The notes under the pieces: generated by a model
Told to the model about the DNA's origin: nothing
Databases searched by the model: none
The model's input: only the letters and a program-made list of their open reading frames with translations
Translations under genes and position numbers: made by a program
NCBI GenBank assembly: GCA_028534125.1
Contig: CM052817.1
Coordinates: 33,234,001-33,298,000, forward strand
Reading direction: 5' to 3'
DNA from: Lama glama
Lineage: Eukaryota
Length of the DNA stretch: 64,000 bases
Part shown: positions 14,281 to 27,025 of the stretch, piece by piece
Layout: every line of letters begins with the position of its first letter
How positions within the stretch are numbered: position 1 is the stretch's first letter

Positions 14281-15399
14281 ATCAGCTGAAGCCTGTAACT
14301 GCTTCATGATTGGGTTCTGCCCTGCCTCTCTGCCCCCATCCTTTGGATATGAAATCCTTGGAATCATATGAAAATCCTTGGAATGCCATATGCAAATGTA
14401 AAGCTTTATTATTGTCAGATGGCCCCAGGTTGCATTTGTACAAAATTGCATTCTCTGAGCATGCCCAAATGGTCACACACCCTCAGAGGACACAGAACTC
14501 CTAATAGGCAATGTGCGTGGTCACGTGCATCATTGTATCACATCTATGGCATCACTTTGCCCAAAGCTGTTAGTTTGAAGTTTTAACAACTACCTCTAGT
14601 TTTATGCTTTCCTGAGGACACATTAAAATAATGAATGCATTATCATTGTTTCCTTCAAAGTGTCATGACTTGTTCCAGGTCACATAGCTTGTTACTGGCA
14701 GGACTGAGTCATTTGGGTGAATTACTGGGCCTCAGTTTCTTCTTCTTATAAAATGGCCAGATCAGGCTGGATCATCTCCATAGCCCCCTTTGGCTCTACA
14801 AAAACTACAGTTCTGGGCCACAGAGTCCACCAGCCAAATAACATGCTAGATCCAGCCTTCCTCAAGTTGGGAAAGAGGGAAGGTGGGTAGGAAAGGAAGA
14901 GAGGAAGGAAGTAGGAGATGCAGGTCAAGGTATCAAAATAAGGAGCTAAGTGAGGAATGACTCCAGGGAGGAAGGGTAGGAGACAGTCCAGAGAGGACCC
15001 ATCTGTGGAGGTGGAGCAGTGGCGGGGTGGGGGGGGGGCGTGGTCCACTGACAAATGGTTCAGGCCTTTCCCCCAGGCTTCACTTTGAGATGCTAATCAC
15101 CCCTTTCTCAGCTCAGGCAAGTCACTCAGCTGCCTTTTCAGTGAGGGAGGGAAGAAAGGAAGGAATATGTGGTGGCAGCAACTCCATTTTCCTGATCTCA
15201 GCCTGTTCCTGCTCACCAAGGATGAAGTTTAGTTATTACCAAATTTCATTAAATCGGATTCCATCTATTGTAGGTACACCATTATTTTACAGAACTAGGG
15301 AAAAAAGGCACTGTCCATTATCTTTGTATGGCATCATGAATAAGATACAGCCTGCCTCCTATTTAGTGGCTTAGAATTGATGAAGTATTCTTATAACTA

Positions 15400-15625
15400 C
15401 TGCTATTACTAATAATGAAATCTGTCATTTCAGGGTTGGATATGTACCAGGAACTGCATTAAATGTTTTATATAATTGCATTCAATACTCACAACAATCT
15501 GAAATAGGTGTTACCACCCCCATTTATAGATGAGAAAAGCTCAGAGAGGTTAAGTAAATTGCCCAAGGTTTCCCAGCTGGCAGAAACTGAGTCAGCCCAA
15601 CCCCAGAGCATGTGCCTTTAATCAC
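15400..15625 (-). mobile_element. MIR SINE
   Basis: ccccatttatagatgagaaaagctcagagaggttaagtaaattgcccaaggt (MIR core). Confidence 0.8.
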
Positions 15626-15944
15626 CAAGTTATCTATCTCACCTCCAACCTTCCAATGGGCCACTTGATTACGGTTCTCAGGAAGACAAAAGGGCTTACT
15701 CATGGTCATGGGGCCCTGGCTCCTACCTCCCTCTTATTCTTCCGGGTAGAACTGCTAGGAAGGAAGAGGGTGCATCCAGAAGACTGTTCTAGCTCCGGAC
15801 ATACAAGAGTTAAACATAGGAGAAGTGGGCTTAGAGGGGCACCAGAATTCCCAGAGCTGGTTCTGTAGGGAAATAAAGGAGAATAAGAAATAAGGAGGGA
15901 GGGGAACATGCAGATACACAGTTGGTATTTGAGTGCTCATGCAG

Positions 15945-16125
15945 CAAAGGGGGTTACCGTAAGACTGATGATTATACTTCAAGGCATGCATGAACCCCTC
16001 CGAGAACCTGGCTGGGGACCTAGCAACTGTGGATTCATGATCGTGGTTTTTTTTTTTTTTTTTTTTTTTTGAAAAGAGGACTCAAGTTCTAAATGCTTCA
16101 AGTTTCACAACCCTGGACCCTCCCC
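15945..16125 (+). mobile_element. MER53-like hAT element with internal poly(T)
   Basis: gggggttaccgtaagactgatga...cttcaagg at the 5' end and atgcttcaagtttcacaaccctggaccctcccc at the 3' end. Confidence 0.5.
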
Positions 16126-16889
16126 ACAGGACCCACTCTTGGCGTTTATGAAAGCAGGTGTGGTCGAGGGGAAAGAAAGCTGAGAGTTAGGAACACATGG
16201 GCCATGTAAATGAAGGAATGATGGTCAAAAAGGGGGAAAATAACTAAGAGAAACTAGATGTCTGGTTCTTGCCCGCAAGTTGTTGTTGGCCTGCAGACAT
16301 GGGCCATTTCCTGCCCCATTCCTTCCAAGGCCAATCCCACAGACTGGTAGTGGGAAATGTCCTCTGTTTACTTTAATGAAGGGGTTGTGTTCTGATGCCA
16401 ACCAGTCCTGAGAGCCTGCTCCTCTGCGGTGGTCTCCAAAGTGATGACACCCATGAGGAATGTGGGGGGACTGTAATAGAACTCTTATGTAGAATCTTCT
16501 GACCCTTTAATATTTTTGTATGTCTTGTTATACATGCATGTAATTTATAGAGAATTATACATATGTCACACATATGAACAAGTATATTGATATAGGTCTG
16601 TGATGAAAGAAGTTGGGAGATTATCACCTTAGGGAGCAGATACTTCCCAATAACTTCTCCCTCTTAAAGCTTCTGTGTGACATCATCAAAAACCCCCATT
16701 TTGGTCAAACTTAAATTCATATATTCTTCAGTGTTTTTGATCTTGTCTTCCCTCAACTTGATAGTAAATTAAAATAATTGCAGCATTTCTCTCTTTTTCA
16801 GCTACTAACCCAGTATTTGGAGTTTGCCAAAGCTATTTTCCTCAGAATTTATCTCAAGAACTCTTTTGCTTCAGTGGAGTCAGAGGGAG

Positions 16890-17260
16890 TTGGGAGGACT
16901 TGAGCGATACGGCATCCAGTTGCAATGTGTAAACTTTATAGTTTGTTTGAATCATGAGCTAAATAAGAAGTTATGAGTCAACAGGGAGTTTGAACTGATT
17001 ATTTGATATTAAGGAAGTGTGGTTGTTTTGGTGTGATATTAGTGTTATGGTTACATTTAAGAATCCTTATCCTTTAGAGACAAATATTAAAATGTTTGCA
17101 GATTAAATATGCTTGAGATTTGCTTCAAAGGAGGATATAAATCAAAAAAGATACCCATGAATCATAAATTATTGGAGATGGGTATTAGGGTACATGGGGA
17201 ATTCCTTACACTCCACTTTTCTATTGATTTTTATTTTTAACTTTTTCTAATGAAAATCTC
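16890..17260 (+). mobile_element. Old L1 (L1ME-type) 3' UTR
   Basis: ttatttgatattaaggaa...ggtgtgatattagtgttatggtta...atccttatcctttagaga...gagatttgcttcaaa...gggtacatgggga. Confidence 0.7.
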
Positions 17261-20200
17261 AAACACAAAGCAATCAGTGAGGTCTGATGGTTAAAACAAA
17301 CAAAAACCCCACCAGTCACAACACCCCCCACAAAAAGCTCACTTTGTCTTTCATCCACCAGACATAGTTACGTGACACCAAGAAAGGTAGACACAAATTC
17401 CCAAGCATTGGAGTGGTGCCTTGAAGCCCCCTGAGCTTTGCATTTAGATCAGAAAGCAAATGGTCTGGGACTGGGACCAGAAAGCAAATGGTTTGCTTTA
17501 CCGCTGGCCAAAGAGAACTGGTTAATTCCCGAGGAGAAAAAAATAAGACCATTGAACAGGATCACTATGTTTGGACACAGAATCATTACAAAGCACCGTT
17601 TTGATGAGTTAAGTGTAAATGAATCAGGAACATGCGGCTTCAATTTCCTCCCAAATACACGAGTTTGTAGATTTAAGGAATAATGCCCTATGAGACATGT
17701 GCTGAGCTGCAATGCTTTGAAAGACCCTGAGAATCACTGAACCCAGATGGGCTCTGGCTTTGCTCCCCCAGACTGGACCACTGGAGTAGGATATCTCCAC
17801 TTCACCCCATTTCCTCTGTAAACTCTACCTCCTTCCTTCTAAATCCTAATCTAAACTCGTCTTCAGATTCTCAAAACATAGCACAAGAAAAATCAGAGGT
17901 CAGCAGTTTTTTTTTTTTCCCCATCCTTTTCAATTTTGATGAAAAAGAAACAATTTCTTTGAGACTCAACTTGGAAGGCATTTCCTGGCAAGCCCGTAGA
18001 GTTCACCCTGTTGGTTTAAACTTGGAAAGTGTTGGGAGTAGTTAACACAGCGCAAATGAAGTGAGGCGGAAATGGATGCTGAGGTCATCCCACTGTGCTC
18101 CTCTCCCTCACCCCTCTGCCTCCTCATTCACGCAAGAAGATTCCACAGCAACAACCTAGACGTGCCTTGTGTGGATCTCCGTTTAGTACAAAGCCTGGAA
18201 AAGAGATGCTTCTCCAGGCTATGGAGTTCACGGCCAAGTCTGGCTGAAGCCGTCAGGGAGAAGCTGGTGCAGCGGCCTGACCTTTACCTGGAGAAGGCGA
18301 AATGGAGAAGTCGGGCCAGGGCCTCGTGCGTGATATACGAAACTGAAGCAAGCTCTCTCCTCACTTGAAAGCCCAGAATGCCCAGCTGGCTGTGATTTAA
18401 GGCTCTCTTTGGCCTGTGAACCACAACAAAGACAGGAGAATTTGTCAGAGGTGTGTTTTGCAGGTTGGCCCGGAAAGTTCTGCTAGGAAAGTGGTGGGCA
18501 GCTGGGCTCCTTGGACCCGAGACACTTGGTGGGTGTTCTGTGTCTGACTCCCGACCCTACCCCTCTTCCCAGGAAGGACACACACAGGGCTGCCTCATAA
18601 CTCCTGCTGCTCTTGGCAGTTTCTCCAGGAGACATCCTTCCACAGCCGTGAGTGATTCAAGTTGCAAAATTGGAGTTGCTCATTTTAATTTCCCGAGCAT
18701 AAAACTCCAGGGGGAATGAACCTTCCCGGCTTAGCGCTGCTCTCTCTACAGAGGTCAGGAAAGAGTGTAAGTTCTCTCTCCAGATACTGGCACAGAGACT
18801 CTTCATAGTGATGCCAGCTCCAAGCCAAGAATATCTAACTGTAAGCTAGAAAAAGGCAGCATTTCCTGACTTCCTGAGAAGCCACACAGATATCTAGCAG
18901 TAGCACTAGTTTTAGGAACCTGTCATCCTCCAACGACTGTGCCTGGCTGTCTTATTGATAACTGCATCTCAAAAACAAAGGACTGTTTCCTACTTTGAAA
19001 AGTAAGGCTCCAACTGACTGTACGCCTACTCAAAACTCGCTCAGACATGACACCATGGGCATGAACGCAGCATCCACCAGAGTATGACACAAAGTGAGAA
19101 GTATCTTCAGGGGTTGTAGGAGTTAGAAATTTGAAAGGTTGGGGAAAGATGACAAAACCTTCAATTTTCTGTAAATGGCTTTTGGGAGTTGAAGGGCACC
19201 ATAAAATGCATCTTACCAGCCCACCAAACTCTAAGGTTTCTTTCCCCCCCCTGGGATTCTTGCTAAACAGAATATTTAAAACAATGTTACAAAGGCCACG
19301 GGAGATCATTGCCCAGGGCAGCGACAATCTCAGCACAGTGCCGCTTTCTGCAAAACCTGAGATGAGGCCAGCTTACATCCTTGTGAGCAGGGTCACACTC
19401 CCTTCCACAGAAGCCAAACCAGGGTCTTGATCACAGCTTACAATGTTTAGGAACTAGGCCAAGACATAAGGCAAATTCACTTCGTTTAGTTCAACTCACG
19501 CCTGCCCTGGGCAGCAGCTAGGTGTACAGAAATTAAATCTCTCAAAAAGCTCTCCTTCTAAGGACTCACCAGGCAGAGGAGACGGCAGCTGCTGAGGATA
19601 CCCAGCAGAGAAGACGCGGGGAGCGGAGGGATGTTTTCCACAGCGGAAGTCAGGCTGAGTCACCATCTGAGCTGGATTTAAGGGCTCTTAAATTGTAGTG
19701 CCAATTTAAGGATCACGTGCGGAGCTTGTTCAGAGTCAAAATAGGATGGCCCCCATAAGAATCACCTGGGGAACTTAAGGATGACAATAGATGCTCCCTG
19801 CCCAAGATTTTTGTTTTAGGGAATTGATTTAGAGCCTAAGCATCTGTATTAAAAAAAAAACAAAAACCCAGCCCTCAGTTTTTATGTGAGTGGTCCTCAG
19901 AATCCATGCTGCCCCTTCACCTACAAGTCTCGTCATGCGTGGGGCTGTAAATAGGTCCAGAAAGATAAGAAGGCTCGTACGCATGAGACTCAAAGTCTGT
20001 TTCCTAAATTTGCTTCAGGGTCTAGGAAGTTCAGAACGGATTCGTGGGAGTTTAGGGGTGAGGGCTTGTAGATGAAAGCATTGTCTTTGATCCTTATAGT
20101 ATGCTTTTTGTAGACCCCAAGAGCAATCCTAGACTCCCTATCCCCTAACCTATGGATTGGGACTCCTTTATAGCAAATACTCTGGTTTTAGGCTTCTGTG

Positions 20201-21596
20201 GAATTCACTCTCTTCTGGGTCATAGCCACAGGTGCCAATGCACATGTTTAAGGAAGGGGCCTACCAGGGTCATAGATTATTGGCTCTCAAGGCCAAACCA
20301 GGCAGGCTGAAGCAATCTGCTGGACTGGACAAGGTGTTTTTGTTTTATTTTGGGTTAAATTGAATTTGAAAGCCTTTAGATACCATATATTTATATGGTA
20401 TGTATATATATTACCCTCTCTCAGCAGTTGACCAGAGGCTTCACCACTTCCTTTGGACTCATACCTGAATGATTCACATATTTTAAATAATTCCTTCCTG
20501 GTTTCTGTAGGCATTTGAGTTTGTGACCCCCAGGGGCCATATCCTAAATCCGACCCTGTTTACAGGATTAGCTCCTGTTTTTCCAGCTGGGCCCCTAGGG
20601 AACAGGATCCAGACTGAGCACCTTGGTGTCAGAGAGAAAGGAAAACCCAGGAGCTCTGGGTCTGGAAGTTCAGGGACACAGGACAAGCCTTGCCCAAGGC
20701 CGGGACACCAGAGCTAAGCCTGGGGTGGCAGGAGAAAGCCTGGCTTCCCACTCTTCCCGGTGAGTCCACTCGGCCTTCAAGATCCCAGCAGCCATAGTGG
20801 CAAGAGAAGGGTCTTCACCTCCCCTCCCCATGGCCTCTGCTTCCGAGAACTCTAAGCAGACCCAGCACTGCCACTCACTGCTCTCAATTGTTTTCCAAAG
20901 GTTTGCGATACCCACAGCCACCTCCCAATCTTTTTTTGCCAGTGCAGTTGACCCTGCCTGACACGCTGTCTCTGTCCAACCCTGATTCTGCCTAATTCCT
21001 CCCTAATTACTTCAACATGCCACTCAAACCTCCCACTTCTCCAGATGCTTTCTCTGATCAATTTCACTGAAATGCACGTTCTCCACCTCCTCTCAACTGA
21101 TTACCTACCCTACTGTAAAGACTCACCCTCTTATGCCTTGGATCATTGTTTATATTTCTTATCTGTATAAATTGTATCTTCTCAGTTAGATCCTCAACTC
21201 TTCAAGGGTGGGCACCATGATTAATTTTTTACTGCCTGTGTTCCTTCCAGCACCTGCCACAGTACCTGAAATGTGGCATGAATTCACTGATTAGTTCATT
21301 ATCAGCAGCAGCATCAGGGACTTGCTGCACAGAACTCTCTCATAAAGCATCCCCAGCAACAGGAAGCTCACATCAGTTCAGGAACACTGTCCCAGCATTT
21401 TCCTGGCATCATGCTTCCTGGATGGCTTTGCATTTCAGAAAGAAGGGCCTACTTCCATTCACTCAGTTATTCAACAGAGAAGTTGCCTTTGATTCATGTA
21501 CTTGTAGAAAAGGAAGCTGTAAGCCAATATAAAGAGTCCTCCTTCAATTAGGCTATAAAAAGGAAAGTAACGATGGAAAGGCTCCTCATTAGCACC

Positions 21597-22052
21597 TGTC
21601 AGGGGTTGAATAATGCCCCCTACCCCCGCCAAATATACGTAACCCAGAACCTGTGAATGTGCCCGATCTGGATAAAGAGTCTTACAGATGCAATTAAGCT
21701 AAGCTTCTCAAGATGAGATCATCCAGGATCATCCAGAGGGGACCTACATCTAATGACAAGTATCCTTCTAAGAAGAGGAGAAGACATAGAGGTGGAGAGC
21801 CGACACAGTGAAGTCCTCATGAAGGTGGAAGCAGAGACTGGAGTCATGCAGCCCCAAGCTGGGGAAAGCCTGGAGCCACCAGAAGCTGGAAGAGGCCAGG
21901 AAGGATCCTCCCTTGGAGACTTCACAGAGCATAGCCCTGTTGACACCTTGATTTCAGGCTTCTAGCCTCCAGAACTATGAGAGAACAAACCTGTGTTGTT
22001 TTAAGCCATTAAATTTATCGTAATTTGTTATAGTAGCTCTAGGAAACTAACA
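21597..22052 (+). mobile_element. MaLR solo LTR (MLT1C-like)
   Basis: TG..CA ends; cccagaacctgtgaatgtg, gagatcatcc, gcctggagccaccagaagctggaagaggc, gacaccttgatttcag...cctccagaactatgagagaa, ggaaactaaca. Confidence 0.9.
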
Positions 22053-22481
22053 TAGCAACCTACAAGGCCAGCAGGGTAGAGGTGGGGCAATGGTGGGTGG
22101 TGAGAGGATGGGGAGGCATGCTTTTGGTGCCAGATTTCAGAGATACCAATTTCAGCATCCATCAAGAGAGAGGAAGGGAACTTTTCACAATCCCAACTAA
22201 TTCTGCCATTGTATATTTTTCTAGAAGAGCTTCCACAATGTCATTATCACCGCAGAGATGCTCGCTATTCAGGCTTAAGCCACATACTTTCTCTTTGAAC
22301 CTTCTTCTTCAAACTGGACAAGGAAATCCTGAAATGAAGAGTCTTCAGAATGAATGACCTGCCTCCAAGGACCCAGGTTATTCGTTGTTCCCTCTACTTA
22401 TTGAGTATTTATTGAGCATCTACTGTGCTGGGCGAATTGGTCAGTCTGGCTAATTATAACAGAGGCACTGGTTATTACCAC

Positions 22482-22981
22482 NNNNNNNNNNNNNNNNNNN
22501 NNNNNNNNNNNNNNNNNNNNNNNNNNNNNNNNNNNNNNNNNNNNNNNNNNNNNNNNNNNNNNNNNNNNNNNNNNNNNNNNNNNNNNNNNNNNNNNNNNNN
22601 NNNNNNNNNNNNNNNNNNNNNNNNNNNNNNNNNNNNNNNNNNNNNNNNNNNNNNNNNNNNNNNNNNNNNNNNNNNNNNNNNNNNNNNNNNNNNNNNNNNN
22701 NNNNNNNNNNNNNNNNNNNNNNNNNNNNNNNNNNNNNNNNNNNNNNNNNNNNNNNNNNNNNNNNNNNNNNNNNNNNNNNNNNNNNNNNNNNNNNNNNNNN
22801 NNNNNNNNNNNNNNNNNNNNNNNNNNNNNNNNNNNNNNNNNNNNNNNNNNNNNNNNNNNNNNNNNNNNNNNNNNNNNNNNNNNNNNNNNNNNNNNNNNNN
22901 NNNNNNNNNNNNNNNNNNNNNNNNNNNNNNNNNNNNNNNNNNNNNNNNNNNNNNNNNNNNNNNNNNNNNNNNNNNNNNNNN
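22482..22981. other. Assembly gap (500 N)
   Basis: Exactly 500 N. Confidence 1.
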
Positions 22982-23294
22982 CCAAGCTTTCCTAGCCTGG
23001 GTTCTTGGACTATATTTAATGTCCCTATTTTCATTTGTCCACTGACTCTAATTTACACATAAGCCAACTCTTGCTCTCTTTACCTGTCCGGTGAGTAAGG
23101 AGGACTACATTTTTGCAAGTGCTCCAAACGCTGAGGCACACACGGCAGCACTTTTCATCTGATTGCTAGAAGCTATTCACATCAGTCTGCAATCCTCTTT
23201 CAAAGCTTACTAATAAAAAGAGCCAGAAAAATATCACTGTAAAGGTTGGGGATATGACTCATTTCCTCTTATAAAATGGACACAGGTCATGGAG

Positions 23295-23520
23295 GAAAAT
23301 GTCTTTCTTTTTCAGAGATGCATGCTAAAAATCTTTAGAGGTGAAATGTTATGATGACTGCAATCGACTCCAAATCACTTCCGTAAAAAATAAAATAAAC
23401 GAGGCAAAAGTGGCCACATGTTAATTGCTAAATCCAGACGACAGGAAGGAATATGGGTGTTTACTGCATGGTTTGTTCTGCTTTTTCATGTACAAACATT
23501 ATCAAAAATAAAAACAAAAG
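23295..23520 (+). mobile_element. L1ME4-like 3' end fragment
   Basis: ttcagagatgcatgctaaaaatctttagaggtgaaatgttatgatg...gaggcaaaagtggccacatgttaattgctaaatc...atatgggtgtt. Confidence 0.65.
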
Positions 23521-24027
23521 GGATGTATATTTTTTCCATATAGGGCTGTCTCGCCTATGTACTGATACTCCATGTGTTTTCAGGCATGGAGACTGTCTCA
23601 AAAAGGGATGATATCTGGTCACAATTTAGAAATGCCTGACAGAGACTGAACATCTGTGCATGCAGGCTCTGTTCTTAACTGTTCTTTGGTTCTATTTATA
23701 GAAGGAAGAGAAGACACATCTATTGAGGAAAAAGCAGAGAACCAAAAAAAAGAAAGAAAGAAAGAAAGCAGTGTTGGCACAGAAGCAGGAAAAAAAAAAT
23801 GCCTTGTTGGGAAAGCACTGCATCAGTAAGATGGTGTTTTTTTGTTAAGTCACAGACAGCTCTGCACGCTGCTTTAAACCACTGGCAGGGTGTTTTGTCC
23901 AAGTGCATCTAGTGTATGTGGCATTTATTCCTCTAAACAAACATACCAGCCAAGGAATGGACTCAGGTCCCACCCCTGACATACCCGACACACAAACACA
24001 GGCAGGCACAGGGAGAGGGGGACTCAC

Positions 24028-24119
24028 AGTTCTGAGTACAGGAAGTGCAGGTGGCCCACATTGTCAATGTAGTTGGCAGGGCTGAGCCAAGGCAGGACCA
24101 GCAACAGAAGTGCCTTCAT
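24028..24119 (-). CDS. LNX1: LNX1 p70 (RING-less isoform) alternative first coding exon, 30 codons + 2 nt
   Basis: Translates MKALLLLVLPWLSPANYIDNVGHLHFLYSE(L), the known LNX1 isoform-2 N-terminus. Consensus donor CT|GTGAGT at 24028/24027, phase 2, the same phase as the RING exon. Confidence 0.93.
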
Positions 24120-24560
24120 TTTCCAAGCAGGATTCTGCTTTCTTCCTGGCCACCTTCTCTCCGTCAGCTGCAGGGTCCCAACCCAGCCCAGCCCCTTTAA
24201 AACATACTTGCCATGTTCCCACAATCAGCAGATCACAGAGAATGAGACTTAGAGCCCTTAGCTGAGCCACGCTGATAAATCACGGGCCCGTAAGAGGATT
24301 GTGCACTCTGATTCTTAGATGGGGAGATGAGAGAACGGAGGAACCCACCATGGTTGGCGAGAAGGCTTAGGCTGAGAGCAAGCAGGCTGATGCCCGGGAA
24401 AGGGACCTGCCCCTCCTGCAGGATGCCGACTGGTTCTCGGGAAGCAGCTGGTACATTTACATCACTGGCTGGGAGCAGATGGGCTGGAAGCTAATCTGTG
24501 TTGGAAGAGGGCATGAACATGGCACGTTCAGAGCCCACCGTGTGAATAAGCAAACACTCA
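24120..24560 (-). promoter_or_regulatory. LNX1: Probable 5' UTR and internal promoter region of LNX1 p70
   Basis: Repeat-free sequence directly 5' of the p70 ATG, containing uORFs. The TSS cannot be located from sequence. Confidence 0.5.
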
Positions 24561-25609
24561 AAAGCTGTCCTACAGCTTGCTAGAGGAAGACCCCGGACAA
24601 AATTAGCATCTTTGGAACACAGTCTGGAGATCTGAGCTTACAGAGAGCCTTCTTCAGATACTGCAACACAGGAATGTTAATACGAACCAACCCCACTCTA
24701 CATGTATATTTAGAATGTGCATTTAAGATATTTTCCCTGTCACTCTCCCAACTATACTGACAGAGGCTAAGAGAAGTGACAGCTTCCTTGTTAATTTTGC
24801 AAACTGTCCCTATATAAGAACAGGCTGTGCCATTCTCTCTGAGACTCACAGAGAACCTTGACAGACAGATATAAAATTCTGTCCAAACAGTGCATAGCCT
24901 CCTATTCTGGGGGGGCGGGGAAAGTTGCTCCATTCCTCCTGCTCCCCTGAGTAACTGAATTAAGCCCTCTCACTAGCTGTAGGATCCTGGGCATTTCATT
25001 GAAGCCCTGAGCCTCAGTCATCTCATCTTTGAAATGGAATCAATAAAGCCTTATCTGCCTGGTTCTGCAGAAGCTGGACCACACCATCTCTTCCAGCTTC
25101 GAGATCTGTGATTCTAGACTCTACTACCTTCCTTAACACCAGGACTTTGCACGCCTAAGCTCTGGAATGCCCCAGAAGCCCCAGGTCTCCTCTCCTACTC
25201 CATATTTAAGAAGAGTAAAATCCATCTTGCTAACTGAAGGCCTAAATCTTAATAGAAATAGCTCAAAGGGATAGTTACATTAATGACAACCAAGCTATTA
25301 CAGCAAATTACATTTCACAGGAAGAAGACCAGAGAAAAATCTATGGGATGAGACTAACTGTAATAAACCATGTAGGAATCTGGCGTCAGAGATCTGCATG
25401 TACCTGAGGCAAGGCTAAGACTTAAACTCCACTAGACCCTGAGGAGGTACAGACTTAACTTCTACAGTTTGGATCAGAGAGAAGCAACCTTGATAAAGCC
25501 TGACATCCATTAATTTATAATTTTTTGAGGCCCTAATTTGAATTCCATTTCCTCTAGGTCTGGTATGCAAGAGTGTGTCAGAGCTGGTGAAGAGCAGGAA
25601 AGAGGAAGT

Positions 25610-25847
25610 TAGGTTTGGAACTTAGATGCTGGAGTCAAACAGGTTTGAGCCTGAACCCTAGTTCTGCCACGTATGAGCTGTGTGACACTGGGAATGTTCC
25701 TTAACCTCTCTGAACTTCCGTATCCTCCTCTGTAAAGGAAAGACAATAGTATACTTAACTCACAGTGTTTTTATGAAGGTGGAATGAAATAATGCCTACA
25801 AGAACAAAAGACTCAATGAGTGTTAGCTATTGCTATAAATGTTGTTA
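25610..25847 (+). mobile_element. MIR SINE
   Basis: gctggagtcaaacag...ctctgccacgtatgagctgtgtgacactggg...cttaacctctctgaac...tctgtaaa...gttagctattgcta. Confidence 0.85.
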
Positions 25848-26339
25848 TTAATAGCCACTAATGATCCTGGATAAGCGTAGTTGGCAGCTCAGCACCTGTC
25901 TCCAAGAGGCTTTGCTCTTCTCATCCTGGCTTTTCTTTCCTGCTGCGCTATTAGGGACATGACATGGTACAGTCCTTTGCTGCATACAGAGCTGCACAGA
26001 GTCCTGGGACATACTCTTCTTGAATGTCCAGCATCTACTGTGTAGCACATAACTCATAAGCAGCATCATATATAATATAGGCATGGGCTTCAAGGTGTAC
26101 TAGATGGTATTTCTTATCATCTTGGGCATGTCATGGTGCTTCTCCAAGTCTCTATGGAAAATGAACAATGCCTGCCTTTCACCTTGCATTTCAAAAGGCT
26201 ATGACATTGCTGGGTATGAATACAATACAGAAATAAAGGTACTGTTTTTTGTTGTTGCTTCTGTCACTCTTGCAAAAACTGCTGCTTTCCTATTCAACGT
26301 CTAATCTCTTCTTCTTTGTAACAGCCCCCAGGGTTGTTC

Positions 26340-26751
26340 ATGGTGGTAATGCACTTGGTCTCTCCCACAGGTGGGCGACCCTGTAACAGTGATGGCCAAT
26401 GAGTTTTAAGAAGAAATTACTGGGTGAGGCATCCCAGAAAGCTCTTTAAAGGCGGGAGTCTCCGTTAGCACATTGTATTTTGCCCTTCCTGCCTGATTCT
26501 TTATACCTGGAACTTGGATGTGATGCTGGAGCTTGAACAGCTATCTTGAGACCATGAGGTGACACATGGTGCTAATCTGAAAAGAGGAAGGAGCCTGGAT
26601 TCCTGATGGCATCAAGGCAACATCATACGAGTTGTGGACTTCCTAGCCTCAGACGCTGTGTCAAATGAGAAAAAGAGAACTTTTACAGAGTTTAACCAAT
26701 ATAACTTGAATTTTCTACTACCTGCCATCTGATGTAATCCTAACTAATACA
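26340..26751 (+). mobile_element. Old MaLR LTR (MLT1J/K-like)
   Basis: tggccaatgag...ggatgtgatgctggagc...cagctatcttgagaccatgagg...gaaggagcctggattcctgatggcatc...tcctaactaataca. Confidence 0.7.
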
Positions 26752-26879
26752 ATCCCTTGGGGATAAAAATCCCACCTTCAAATGGTCATGGATTGCAGTA
26801 AACGATCCTAACCCTAATCCTGGCCCCCAGCCTTTGCCTGTCTGATTCTTATTTATTCTTCATTGTCACCTCAGACATG

Positions 26880-27025
26880 ACCAATCACCTCCTGTTTTCT
26901 TGCTTCTTTTCACTAGACAGGGGACTCCTTGAGGGCAGGAGTTCTGCTGGTCCTGTTCTCTATTATATCCTCACCACAGTGCCTAGAGCAGAGTAGATGC
27001 TCAATAAATGTTTATTGAATGAAAG
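26880..27025 (+). mobile_element. L2 LINE 3' tail
   Basis: ctagac...ctccttgagggcagg...cacagtgcctagagcagagtagatgctcaataaatgtttattgaatgaa. Confidence 0.8.

Noticed and set aside
12941..15043. G-runs (12941-12952, ~15021-15043) as functional G-quadruplexes
   Set aside because: Simple homopolymer tracts with no supporting context.
22398..23045. Long ORFs across the first gap
   Set aside because: Artefacts of N runs.
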